Shown piece after piece: positions 17,674-26,949 of a DNA stretch of 32,000 bases. The translations under genes and the position numbers were made by a program. The notes beneath the pieces are model-generated. The model was not told the DNA's origin. It saw only the letters and a program-made list of their open reading frames with translations, and did no database searches. This DNA is from Desulfotalea psychrophila LSv54 (GTDB lineage: Bacteria > Desulfobacterota > Desulfobulbia > Desulfobulbales > Desulfocapsaceae): NCBI RefSeq assembly GCF_000025945.1, contig NC_006138.1:2190001-2222000 (forward strand). The letters are read 5' to 3'. The stretch's first letter is position 1. The number at the start of each line of letters is the position of its first letter.

Positions 17674-20620
17674 GCAAAAGATCAGGGTTGTAACTCGTCC
17701 TGTTAAGGGGTAATTTAATCATAAAGGTAGTCCCCTCTCCTAGGACAGAGTGGGCGTCGAGTAAACCTGCATGTTGGTTTCTAACAATAAAGGTAGCTAT
17801 AGACAGTCCTAGACCCGTACCAAGCCCCTTGGGTTTGGTGCTGTAGAAGGGTTCAAAGATACGCTTTGCTGTTATGAGATCCATTCCCGGTCCATTATCT
17901 TTTATATTGATACTTATCCAACGAATATTCTGGGATATAGATATCTTGATCCGTTTTTGTAAGCGAGTGTCCTGATCTGTGCCAAGAGCATAGAGGGCGT
18001 TAACAAGAATATTAAAGAGTACCTGTTGTATATTTACCCGGGAGCAGGATATCATTGGCAGCTTATCTGCGAAGTCTCTCTCTATAGTTATTGACTCTAG
18101 GTCAATATTTTTTTGAATATCATGATCACTTTTGACGAGATCAATGGCAGATTCAGTGAGAGCGACAATATCTTCAAAGCTATATTGAGTATCCCCTTGG
18201 TGCCCAACTGAGAGCATATTTTTTACAAGTCCAATTGCCCGATATGTATACTCATCAATTGAATTTAAAAGGGTATTTACCCCCCTTTTTTCTAAATAGT
18301 GATTTAAGGCCTGCAAATCCAGACCAGACTCCTCCGCAGTGTTCTGATTTGCCGCAATATTTTCGAAAAAGCTCTTGCGAATTAATTGCATATTACGACT
18401 CAAACCAAGCAGGGGTTTGTTCATCTCATAGGCCATTCCAGCGGCTATTCCTGAAACAGAGAGCATCTTTTGGGATTGAGCCATAATGTCATCGATCTTC
18501 ACCTTTTCCGTTACATCATCAAGACGAATGACCGCACCCATAATCTTATCAGAGCTTAAAGGAAAGATAGTAATGGTCTCATAATAAATTGTGCCACTAC
18601 TGTTTCTTGGAATATTCGCCTTCTCAAAGGGGACTCTGGTATTGGTAACACCAATAATATTGGCCTTATATGCTTTTAGCCGGGGAAAAATTTCTTCAAA
18701 ATCTTTTTTTTCTATACTCTCAAGAGGTTGTCCAACGTATTTCTCTGTGGCTATATTACAGTAGGTGATTACGCATCTCTTATTCACCACCACAAAAAGA
18801 GATGGCTGAGAATCATAAATACTGTGTAGCAAAACCCGTAGTCTTTCCATCTCCAGTTGGTCATTATGCTTTGAGTAAACATGCCATAGACCGTTGAGTA
18901 CCAGAGATATTTGTTTACTATCCTGCTCATCGTACTTGCCATTTTTATTACACAGGCCAGCTATTATTGTCGGCGATGTACCATCAAGATGGGGGACATT
19001 AAGATAGTTCTTAATCACGACCCTGGCAGGATAAATCTCGGTATTGTTTTTTATGCTAGCTGTATTGTCGAAAAAGGTTCGTCCTAGCCGGGCAACCCTG
19101 GCGGGTAGGGAGTGACCGGAAAAACTAAAAACCTTTTCTATCCCTTCTTGTTTAGCAGAAAAGCCCTCTGTGGCTAACAGAGAGAGCTGTTTTTTTTCAT
19201 CATCGTAGAGAGCAATATAACCGTATTCACTATCGAGCATTGCAACCATTTTTTGCAGGGAAAACTGAGCAAGACCGACAATTCCCTCGGGAGCAATACT
19301 CCATAGTTGCAGCAGGGTCTCAAGGCGAAGTTCGTTTGATTGAAGAATTTTTTCCGTATTATTTCTATCTGCAATTATCTTATTTGCATAGAGACCTAAG
19401 GTTTCAAACTCTCTATAGGTAAAGGAGTCTCGCTTAAAGGCGAGATTCTTTTTATTTACCTGAACAAAAAGATCTGTGAATATATTAAATTCATTTCTTA
19501 TCTTGATTGAATAATGGCGGGCAATAAAAAAGACCAAAATAATGGTTAAAAACACGGTGAGACAATAAAAGACAATGCCATGAATAAGGGCATCTTTATG
19601 GCGATCCTCTGCTATGTTCAATGCCTCTTGCATGGCAGAGAGTTCAACACTGGCAACAATGGTCCAATTCCATGGTTGATAATTGGCTACATAACTCAGT
19701 CGTTGTACAGGATTACCAAAGTGATCAGGCATTTTATAGATCAGGAAGCCACTCCTGAGGCCCGTAGCACCAATTTTTTGTAGCTCCAGGCCATAGGAAT
19801 TGCCATCAATATCCTTTAAGCTACTGATAGACCGACCTGTGCGTAATTTATCAAAATCAATAACAGTACGGCCTTCCCCATCAAAACAGAGAAAATACCC
19901 CCCGTCACCAAAACGGCTACCCTCCATAATAGCAAGGGTCTTTTTTTGACCATGTCTGGCGAATTGATCAAGATAAACTCCTGTGCCAATAATCCAGTTA
20001 TAGGGTGAAAATTTTTTTATGAAAGAGATCTTAGAGTACTTGCCATCGCTGCTATTAGGCTTTTCTGCCAAATAGGAAAAAAATCCTGCGCCTTGCCCGT
20101 TGGTAATCTCCTTAAAGGCAGATAAGAGCGTCTTCTCAACGGGCATGTTTTCCATTTCCGGGCTACCAGCCTGAAGAACAAAGGTATTTGCTCTGGTATC
20201 GGTGATAAAGAAATATCCCCTGCCCATGTCCCAACGCATGGGTCTCAGAGCTTCACTAATCATCTGCTGAAGCTTTTTTTTAGGTATGGTTTCATTGTAC
20301 ATATTGTAAAAATGGGAGGTCAGGGTATAGGCTTCCTGGACCTGCTCCTGTACTTCTTTTTTCACCTCTTGCTCAACGAGAGACTCTTGCCTTTGAATAG
20401 ACGCCAAAATACCCTCAGTGGTATTTTGTAAGGCATGTCTGCTCTGGCGCAGATACTCCTCCTCGGTAAAGGCGAGTACGCCGGCATATTTTTTACACTC
20501 ATCAATAACCCAATAGGTTCCGGTGAAAAGATAAAGAACAAAAATAACAGTAGCGCTCGCCCAGAAGGGAGCTATTGAAAGAGAAGCCTTTACATCTCGC
20601 CTAGCCTTATTCAGTAACAT
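17654..20620 (-). CDS. Membrane sensor protein of the histidine kinase type (Cache-like sensory region, GAF/PAS-like regions, HATPase_c)
   Basis: 988-aa ORF; two TM segments, RGYFFITDTRANTFV ... YSKISFIKKFSPYNWIIGTGVYLD, DHp-like SVSGIAAGMAYEMNKPL, N box NILVNALYAL, G box DNGPGMD and GLGTGLGLSI. Confidence 0.88.
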   Translation of the reverse strand: MLLNKARRDVKASLSIAPFWASATVIFVLYLFTGTYWVIDECKKYAGVLAFTEEEYLRQSRHALQNTTEGILASIQRQESLVEQEVKKEVQEQVQEAYTLTSHFYNMYNETIPKKKLQQMISEALRPMRWDMGRGYFFITDTRANTFVLQAGSPEMENMPVEKTLLSAFKEITNGQGAGFFSYLAEKPNSSDGKYSKISFIKKFSPYNWIIGTGVYLDQFARHGQKKTLAIMEGSRFGDGGYFLCFDGEGRTVIDFDKLRTGRSISSLKDIDGNSYGLELQKIGATGLRSGFLIYKMPDHFGNPVQRLSYVANYQPWNWTIVASVELSAMQEALNIAEDRHKDALIHGIVFYCLTVFLTIILVFFIARHYSIKIRNEFNIFTDLFVQVNKKNLAFKRDSFTYREFETLGLYANKIIADRNNTEKILQSNELRLETLLQLWSIAPEGIVGLAQFSLQKMVAMLDSEYGYIALYDDEKKQLSLLATEGFSAKQEGIEKVFSFSGHSLPARVARLGRTFFDNTASIKNNTEIYPARVVIKNYLNVPHLDGTSPTIIAGLCNKNGKYDEQDSKQISLVLNGLWHVYSKHNDQLEMERLRVLLHSIYDSQPSLFVVVNKRCVITYCNIATEKYVGQPLESIEKKDFEEIFPRLKAYKANIIGVTNTRVPFEKANIPRNSSGTIYYETITIFPLSSDKIMGAVIRLDDVTEKVKIDDIMAQSQKMLSVSGIAAGMAYEMNKPLLGLSRNMQLIRKSFFENIAANQNTAEESGLDLQALNHYLEKRGVNTLLNSIDEYTYRAIGLVKNMLSVGHQGDTQYSFEDIVALTESAIDLVKSDHDIQKNIDLESITIERDFADKLPMISCSRVNIQQVLFNILVNALYALGTDQDTRLQKRIKISISQNIRWISINIKDNGPGMDLITAKRIFEPFYSTKPKGLGTGLGLSIATFIVRNQHAGLLDAHSVLGEGTTFMIKLPLNRTSYNPDLLLNPGCS

Positions 20621-20621
20621 C

Positions 20622-21755
20622 CTATTGCACCTTCTGGAAATCTGGGAAGAGAGAGACGAGGTAAAGAGAATCTCTCCCTAGGGGAATCCTTTCAGCTAAG
20701 CGACAAATTTTATCATCAATCTTAATGTTTATATTCTTTTGGGCAGTCGCAAGAAATCTTTCTCTGGTAAGTCTTCCAGGTACAGCTCTTGCTATCTTCG
20801 TAAAGAGACGGCCTGCAATATAACCTTCCAATGACAAAAAACTTGGGCCCGTGTTTTCATCGATTAAAAGAAGAGCTTTTCTATAATTTTTTACCAGAAG
20901 GCTTTCAGCCCAGGGGAAGGGGACCACGGCAGAAACAAAAACGTTGGTTCCCAGTTTTCCCAAAGATTTCTGTAAGTCTCCAGGACTGGCAAAGGAAATA
21001 TTGCAATAAATACGATTTTTTCTGTTTTTGATCTTATCAAGCTTAATATATTCTGCACAGGGCGCATAAGATCCCACCAGTATAATAGCTTCAGGTTCCT
21101 GCTCATCTATAGTCTTTAATGCTCCTAAGACAGAGAGGGTATTTCTTTCATACTTCCCTTGCGCTACCAATTTGAGCGATTTTTGCCGTAATACATCTTG
21201 AACTGTTTGCAAATTACTCTTGCCAAAGCTATCGTTTTGGTAAAAACAGGCTATGCGTTGGACGCCCTTTTTTTCTGTAAGGAACTTAACAATATTTTCA
21301 ATTTCCAGGCGATAACTCGCCCGAGCATGCAGTATTTGTGGGTGTTTTATATCTCGTAGAGACACTGCTCCGGTATATGGAAATAACAGTGGTATTTGTC
21401 TGGCAGAGAGGAGCGGCAAAATTTCTTCTGTTGTCGGAGTACCCACATTTCCTATAAGCAAAAAAGCGTTATCGTTATCAATAAGTTTTTGTACATTAAA
21501 CAGTGTCCGATGAGGCTCATAACCATCATCCCGGCTCTTTAACAGTATATCCCGTCCATGCACACCACCCTCTGCGTTTATCTCGGCAAAGGCAGCGAGC
21601 AGCCCCAGGCGGAAGTTAAGACCGAGTCGCGCCGATTTTCCCGTAAGGGGCGCAGATTGGCCTAGGATTATTGGACTCTTAGCCTGAGAAATACCAGGTA
21701 AGGGGATGCAGAAGAGGAGTAGAGCAGACAGGTATATAATGATTTTGTTAGTCAT
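20622..21755 (-). CDS. Periplasmic substrate-binding protein, branched-chain amino acid (LivJ/Peripla_BP_6) type
   Basis: 377-aa ORF; signal peptide then ILGQSAPLTGKSARLGLNFRLGLLAAFAEINAEGGVHGRDILLKSRDDGYEPHRT; stop TAG is 1 nt before the sensor kinase ATG. Confidence 0.88.
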   Translation of the reverse strand: MTNKIIIYLSALLLFCIPLPGISQAKSPIILGQSAPLTGKSARLGLNFRLGLLAAFAEINAEGGVHGRDILLKSRDDGYEPHRTLFNVQKLIDNDNAFLLIGNVGTPTTEEILPLLSARQIPLLFPYTGAVSLRDIKHPQILHARASYRLEIENIVKFLTEKKGVQRIACFYQNDSFGKSNLQTVQDVLRQKSLKLVAQGKYERNTLSVLGALKTIDEQEPEAIILVGSYAPCAEYIKLDKIKNRKNRIYCNISFASPGDLQKSLGKLGTNVFVSAVVPFPWAESLLVKNYRKALLLIDENTGPSFLSLEGYIAGRLFTKIARAVPGRLTRERFLATAQKNINIKIDDKICRLAERIPLGRDSLYLVSLFPDFQKVQ

Positions 21756-21877
21756 AGTTACTGCTTATCATCTAGGGGGAATGGACAGGGGCTAAGGTGA
21801 ATTCCATATTAATGGTAAACTAATATACTCTTTTTGCGAGAAATTATAATAAGTAAAGAGAGGTAGGTGGATAATAT

Positions 21878-21912
21878 TCTTACCTTTTGCTAGAAAAAAG
21901 TAAAAGGTAAGA
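21878..21912. repeat. Perfect 11-bp inverted repeat / hairpin between ndk and the binding-protein gene
   Basis: TCTTACCTTTT (21878-21888) / AAAAGGTAAGA (21902-21912), 13-nt loop. Confidence 0.6.
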
Positions 21913-21995
21913 TCTTGAGGACAGGTAAAGAAGAATCATACCACTTGAGATAAAGGCTTTATGTCGCCCCTTCCTCTCTGATTTGGCAAGGTGGT

Positions 21996-22409
21996 CTACA
22001 GAAGCTCAAGGCCTGAAAAAAAGTACTCCAATTCAACGGCTGCCGTTTCAGGTGCATCGGAACCATGGGTTGCATTTTCACCTACAATGGTGCCAAATTC
22101 TCTGCGCAGGGACCCAGGTTTGGCATCAGCGGGGTTGGTGGCCCCCATCAGATCGCGCCATTTTCCTATACAGCCTTCTGCTTCAAGGACCATGACGATG
22201 CATGGGCCACTGCTCATAAATTTGGTGAGCTCAGCAAAAAAAGGTTTTTTATTATGTACGGCATAAAAACCTTCTGCCTCCCTTTGGCTCATGCACAGTT
22301 TTTTCAAACCAATTACCGTAAATCCTTCTTGGTAGATGCGGGCAAGAATTTTTCCCGCATTTCCAGCTGCAAATGCATCGGGTTTAATAATAGCAAAAGT
22401 TTTTTCCAT
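21996..22409 (-). CDS. ndk: Nucleoside diphosphate kinase
   Basis: 137-aa ORF; MEKTFAIIKPDAF, LMGATNPADAKPGSLRREFG and NATHGSDAPETAAVE with the catalytic His. Confidence 0.96.
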   Translation of the reverse strand: MEKTFAIIKPDAFAAGNAGKILARIYQEGFTVIGLKKLCMSQREAEGFYAVHNKKPFFAELTKFMSSGPCIVMVLEAEGCIGKWRDLMGATNPADAKPGSLRREFGTIVGENATHGSDAPETAAVELEYFFSGLELL

Positions 22410-22535
22410 AATTTCCTCGCTTTTAATCCTTGGGGGTTAAAGTGATAAAAAAAGACAAATTTTCGCAAACTTATAAAGATAATTTGTTCCACCTGTAGCA
22501 TTCCGCAGGACAATTGTCAAGAATGGGCTAGTCTC

Positions 22536-23528
22536 CTAGAGACCTGTCAGAACAAAACGAAATAACAAAAAAAGAAGGCTTAACAAAAAAGTTGTGAAGA
22601 GAACAATTCGGTTTGCTTGTCGAATGTCATCCGGTTCTATTGCTCGAAGGGCATTACCTATGTAGGGCTTTTCTACAATATTGCCAAAATAGACACTGGG
22701 GCCACAGAGACGGATATTCAGGGCTCCTGCCAGAGCTGCCTCTGGATGTCCTGCATTGGGACTTGTGTGCTGGTATCGATCTCGCTTAAAAATCTTCCAT
22801 GCCTGAGGGCCGTTATAGCCGGCCATAAAGCTGATGGCCACAATGCCCAGGGCCGTACATCTTGCCGGCAGCCAGTTGGCCCAGTCATCGAGTCGGGCAG
22901 CTGCTCGGCCAAAGAGGATATATCTTTCGTTTTTATAACCCAGCATGGAGTCCATGGTGTTAATGGCCTTATAGCTCATGGCCCCGACAGAGGCCAAAAC
23001 AATCGCCTTTACTCCCAGCAGAGGGGCAAAGATACTTAGGGCCACTGCCCAAAAGAGCGGGGCGATAATGCCATCGGCAAGGTTTTCACCAACGGTCTCC
23101 ACCGTGGCCCTGATAATGGCAGGTCGGTCAAGGTTTTCGGTGTCGCGACCAACAATCCGTGCCAAAAGCTTTCTGGTTTTCGGCAAATCTTCCCCCTGTA
23201 TCAGGGCCCGATAAACGGCCATGCTCTCCTTCTTCAGATCCTTTATTGCCACCGTCGTATAGAGTAGTAACACAGCAGCAAAATCGGTGACTATCGGGGG
23301 AAAAATGGCAAGCAGGGTAAAAAAAACAGCCAAGGTAAGAATCACCAGGGTTAGTACCGAACAGACCGTGAGAACTCCTGCCCAGAAGGGTTGAGCTACT
23401 CTGGGTCTGTAAAATTTTTCCCAACGATTAATGGCCAAACCAATACAGCGCACGGGGTGAGGATAGCATGAGGGATCACCCAAAAAAAGATCGAGAATAA
23501 TGGCTAAGAGTATTTTTATACTGAACAT
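22536..23528 (-). CDS. cbiB: Adenosylcobinamide-phosphate synthase
   Basis: 330-aa ORF; DLFLGDPSCYPHPVRCIG, ETVGENLADGIIAPLFW, YKAINTMDSMLGYKNERY and SPNAGHPEAALAGALNIRLCG. Confidence 0.94.
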   Translation of the reverse strand: MFSIKILLAIILDLFLGDPSCYPHPVRCIGLAINRWEKFYRPRVAQPFWAGVLTVCSVLTLVILTLAVFFTLLAIFPPIVTDFAAVLLLYTTVAIKDLKKESMAVYRALIQGEDLPKTRKLLARIVGRDTENLDRPAIIRATVETVGENLADGIIAPLFWAVALSIFAPLLGVKAIVLASVGAMSYKAINTMDSMLGYKNERYILFGRAAARLDDWANWLPARCTALGIVAISFMAGYNGPQAWKIFKRDRYQHTSPNAGHPEAALAGALNIRLCGPSVYFGNIVEKPYIGNALRAIEPDDIRQANRIVLFTTFLLSLLFLLFRFVLTGL

Positions 23529-26090
23529 TTAAAGTCCCAGAAGGTGGTAAATGGCATCCATGTCTACAGATTCGCGTACGGTTTTAGCAAGAGTTTCAAA
23601 GGCCCCGTCAAGGTTATAGGGTGCAAGTACCCTTCCCTCTCTGCTAAGGCCTTTTTTCTGGCGTAGGTCATCAATGAACAGTCGTCTGAAATCATCTGCA
23701 TCAAACATACCATGGAGATAGGCCCCCCAGACGGGCAGATTCTCTGCCTTGTGACCACAGTAGGACCCGTCATTAAAGAGAAAGAGAGGGGCGCTTTTAC
23801 CAACAGAAATGCCATGATGAATTTCATAGCCGTGGACGGCTGTTTGTGAGGATATATGATGACCGGTTTTACGTAATAATTTCTTGTCCTCTCCTATCTC
23901 GGTGCCAATATCAAGAATGCCAAGCCCTTCATCGCTGAGGCGGGCAGACTCTACCCCATGGGGGTCTGAAATTTTTCTCCCCAGCATTTGATAGCCGCCG
24001 CATATACCAACTACGGTGCCACCATCTGTGGCAAACTCCTTAATATATTCAACAAAGCCTCCCTCCTGTAACCAGCGCATATCCCCAAGCACATTTTTTG
24101 AGCCGGGAATAATGATTGCATCGCTGTTCTCAAGCTCAGTAACTCTCGTAACGATCCTGATGTGGACATCTGGTTCGGTTAAAAAGGGCTCTATATCTGT
24201 GAAATTAGAGAGATGCGGCAGAGAAAGAACAGAGATTACCACATGGTCGCCAATAGGTGGCAGACTGTCAAGGGCCCCGGATTTAAAGGAGACAGAGTCT
24301 TCTTCTGGAATACCGAGCTGATGAATATAGGGGACAACCCCAAGAACCTTTCTGCCCGTATGCTGAAGGAGATAATCGTGGGCTGAAGAGAGAAGGCGGG
24401 CATCGCCCCGAAAACGGTTTACCAGAAAACCGGCAACTAGGTCACGTTCCCACTGGGAAAGTACCTCCATGATACCCACAAAGGAGGCATATACTCCACC
24501 CCGGTCAATGTCCCCTACCAGAAGAACAGGAGATTGAGCATGTTGGGCCATACGCATATTGACAATGTCATGTTGCTTCAGGTTCACCTCTCCCGGCGAG
24601 CCAGCACCCTCAAGGATGATGGTATCATATTCCGCCGCCAGTTCATCGTAGGATTCCTGTACCTTATGCCAGGCCTGACCCTTATAGCGATGGTACTGAC
24701 CTACGCTCATATTGCCCACAGGCCTTCCCTGAACGATCACCTGACTGCCCGTATCAGAATTTGGCTTTAAGAGAATAGGATTCATTCGCCAATGGGGATC
24801 AATACAGGCTGCTTGGGCCTGTACCACCTGGGCTCGGCCCATTTCCCTGCCGTCGCGGGTGACAAAGGAGTTTAGTGACATATTCTGCGCCTTAAATGGG
24901 GCTACCTTAATTCCATCCTGGACAAGGATACGGCAGAGGGCGGCGGTGAGTACCGATTTCCCAGCATTGGAACAGGTGCCTTGGAGCATTAGAGCTGGTG
25001 TGGGTCTCTTTTCTCTCTTTTTTTTGCTCGGTACTGTTGCCAGCGAGGTACGCAGGGCTTGGAAGAAGAGATGGTTTTCCTCATGGGTGCGGACGGCAAC
25101 ACGAAAATAGCTCCTGTCCAGTCCACTAAAATTCTCACATGGACGAATGGCAAAGCCGGCCTGAAGCAGTCTTTTCCTGAGAGGCTCAACCGCCCCACCA
25201 TCTCGCAGACGGCAGAGATGGTAGTTGACCCGGGAGGGAAAAACCTCCAGGGCATCTAGTGAACTCAGCTCCTGAAAACAATCCCTGCGGGCAGCCTCCG
25301 CATAGGCGAGGCTCTGTTGCCTATAGGTCTCATCGGCAAAAAGGCGTTTACCCACGGCTTGGGCCAGAGTGTTGACCGTCCAGGGCGGTAGGGCATTATG
25401 CAGGGCCACTTTTAATTCTTCAGAACAGCTACAATATCCCAGACGCAGGCCGGGTAGGGCATAAAACTTTGTCATTGAGTTGAGGGTAATGACATTTTCA
25501 AATCGGCCGGCAAAGCTTGGCTCGTCTGCGATAAAATCCAAAAATGCCTCGTCCAGACAGAACCATACCTCTGGCATGGATTTGATAATATCTGCCAACT
25601 GTTCTGTATCGGGGAGGAGGCCGGTTGGATTGTTAGGCCTGGCGATAAGGGCAAGATCACCCGGTCGTAGAATTTTTTTTAAGCGCTCAAGAGAGAGTTG
25701 AAAACCGTTTTCCGGGGAGAGCTCCACGGGGACAATCTCCTGCCCCGTCTGACTCGCCGCATGATAGTAATCGATATAGGAGGGTACTGGAATAACGATT
25801 CTCTTACTGGGGATGATGCGTAGAAGGGCATAAAGCAACTCTGCTGTGCCGTTTCCCGCCACCACCCTCTTCTCGGAAATGCCATGGTGCCCGGCAATGG
25901 CCTGGCAGAACTCCAGACAATCGGGATCGGGATAATGAATGAGCGTTTCCAACTCATTACTGATCACCGGTCGTAACCATTCAGGGGGCCCCAGGGGGTT
26001 TATATTGGCACTGAAATCGATGATCTTTTGTTCAGCACCTTCGGCCTTTATTTTTCTGAGATTACCGCCATGTTCTTTTCTTTTAATCAT
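23529..26090 (-). CDS. Fusion of a CobD-like PLP enzyme (threonine-phosphate decarboxylase/aminotransferase) with cobyric acid synthase CobQ/CbiP
   Basis: 853-aa ORF; residues 1 to ~350 aminotransferase fold I (IDFSANINPLGPP, ARPNNPTG, TLNSMTKFYALPGLRLGY); residues ~365-853 CobQ (MLQGTCSNAGKSVLTAALCRI, FKAQNMSLNSFVT, IILEGAGSPGEVNL, GICGGYQMLG, YEIHHG, GAYLHGMFD). Confidence 0.93.
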   Translation of the reverse strand: MIKRKEHGGNLRKIKAEGAEQKIIDFSANINPLGPPEWLRPVISNELETLIHYPDPDCLEFCQAIAGHHGISEKRVVAGNGTAELLYALLRIIPSKRIVIPVPSYIDYYHAASQTGQEIVPVELSPENGFQLSLERLKKILRPGDLALIARPNNPTGLLPDTEQLADIIKSMPEVWFCLDEAFLDFIADEPSFAGRFENVITLNSMTKFYALPGLRLGYCSCSEELKVALHNALPPWTVNTLAQAVGKRLFADETYRQQSLAYAEAARRDCFQELSSLDALEVFPSRVNYHLCRLRDGGAVEPLRKRLLQAGFAIRPCENFSGLDRSYFRVAVRTHEENHLFFQALRTSLATVPSKKKREKRPTPALMLQGTCSNAGKSVLTAALCRILVQDGIKVAPFKAQNMSLNSFVTRDGREMGRAQVVQAQAACIDPHWRMNPILLKPNSDTGSQVIVQGRPVGNMSVGQYHRYKGQAWHKVQESYDELAAEYDTIILEGAGSPGEVNLKQHDIVNMRMAQHAQSPVLLVGDIDRGGVYASFVGIMEVLSQWERDLVAGFLVNRFRGDARLLSSAHDYLLQHTGRKVLGVVPYIHQLGIPEEDSVSFKSGALDSLPPIGDHVVISVLSLPHLSNFTDIEPFLTEPDVHIRIVTRVTELENSDAIIIPGSKNVLGDMRWLQEGGFVEYIKEFATDGGTVVGICGGYQMLGRKISDPHGVESARLSDEGLGILDIGTEIGEDKKLLRKTGHHISSQTAVHGYEIHHGISVGKSAPLFLFNDGSYCGHKAENLPVWGAYLHGMFDADDFRRLFIDDLRQKKGLSREGRVLAPYNLDGAFETLAKTVRESVDMDAIYHLLGL

Positions 26091-26159
26091 GAAACTACCC
26101 CAAATGTCATCCCTGCAGGCCTCTGCTTTTTTGCAAAGATGAGCAACAGGGACCCTGAA

Positions 26160-26933
26160 TTAACCTGCAATAAAGTTCATAGAAAAAAGTAACGCCATAA
26201 GCATCTCTGAAATTTCAGTGATAGCGCCCAAGGTATCCCCCGTTGCCCCACCAATTCGACTCTTACAAAAACGGCCGAAGAGATAGACGCCCGCGCATAT
26301 CACAAGGAGGGAAATAAGAGCAAATTTCAGGGAGATAAGAGAGAGCAGGCAGAAGAGAAAAGCCGTTGCCAGGATGCCTAAACGCAAGCTGTTGGGGGAA
26401 TAAAAGAGAGCTCCCAAACCACCTTCCGGGCGACAGTAACGCTGAGTTGCCATTGCCATAAGCATGGCGCAACGTCCAGCCACGGGGATGAGCAGGGCGG
26501 CGAATGCAAGGTGGAGGGGAGATATGGAGGCCAGGCTGGCGTACTTGACAATCATCAGCAAAACAACGCCGACAAGTCCCATTGCCCCGGTATTACTGTC
26601 CTTCATGATTTCCAGACTGCGTTCAGCAGGACGGGCTGAGAGCAGGCCATCACAGCTATCTGCCAGACCATCCAGATGCAAAAATCCTGATATCCCGGCA
26701 AAGAAGACCAGGAGCAGAGCAGCCACAACGGGCTGGGGCAGGAGTATGGAACTGAGGCAGACCACAATAACCGCCAGCAGACCGATAACAAGACCTACCA
26801 GAGGAAAAAAAGGAGGTGTCTTGTTAAAGTACTTTGCATCATCCCCCGCCCACCACCGCACAGGCAGAATGGTGAGAAAACGAAGGGCCACACAAAATAT
26901 ATGGCAGTTTTTTTTGAGCTGATCAAGCACCAT
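26160..26933 (-). CDS. cobS: Adenosylcobinamide-GDP ribazoletransferase (cobalamin synthase)
   Basis: 257-aa ORF; FLTILPV, FFPLVGLVIG, GFLHLDGLADSCDGLLS and KDSNTGAMGLVGVV motifs. Confidence 0.94.
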   Translation of the reverse strand: MVLDQLKKNCHIFCVALRFLTILPVRWWAGDDAKYFNKTPPFFPLVGLVIGLLAVIVVCLSSILLPQPVVAALLLVFFAGISGFLHLDGLADSCDGLLSARPAERSLEIMKDSNTGAMGLVGVVLLMIVKYASLASISPLHLAFAALLIPVAGRCAMLMAMATQRYCRPEGGLGALFYSPNSLRLGILATAFLFCLLSLISLKFALISLLVICAGVYLFGRFCKSRIGGATGDTLGAITEISEMLMALLFSMNFIAG

Positions 26934-26949
26934 CCACCTCTTCTTTAAT

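Noticed and set aside
24989-25255. 88-aa - strand ORF (MPWRFFPPGSTT...KKREKRDPHQL) as an independent gene
   Set aside because: It is the out-of-frame reading of the CobD-like domain. Only its tail (from the A8 run to the TAA) matters, as the frameshift product discussed in findings.
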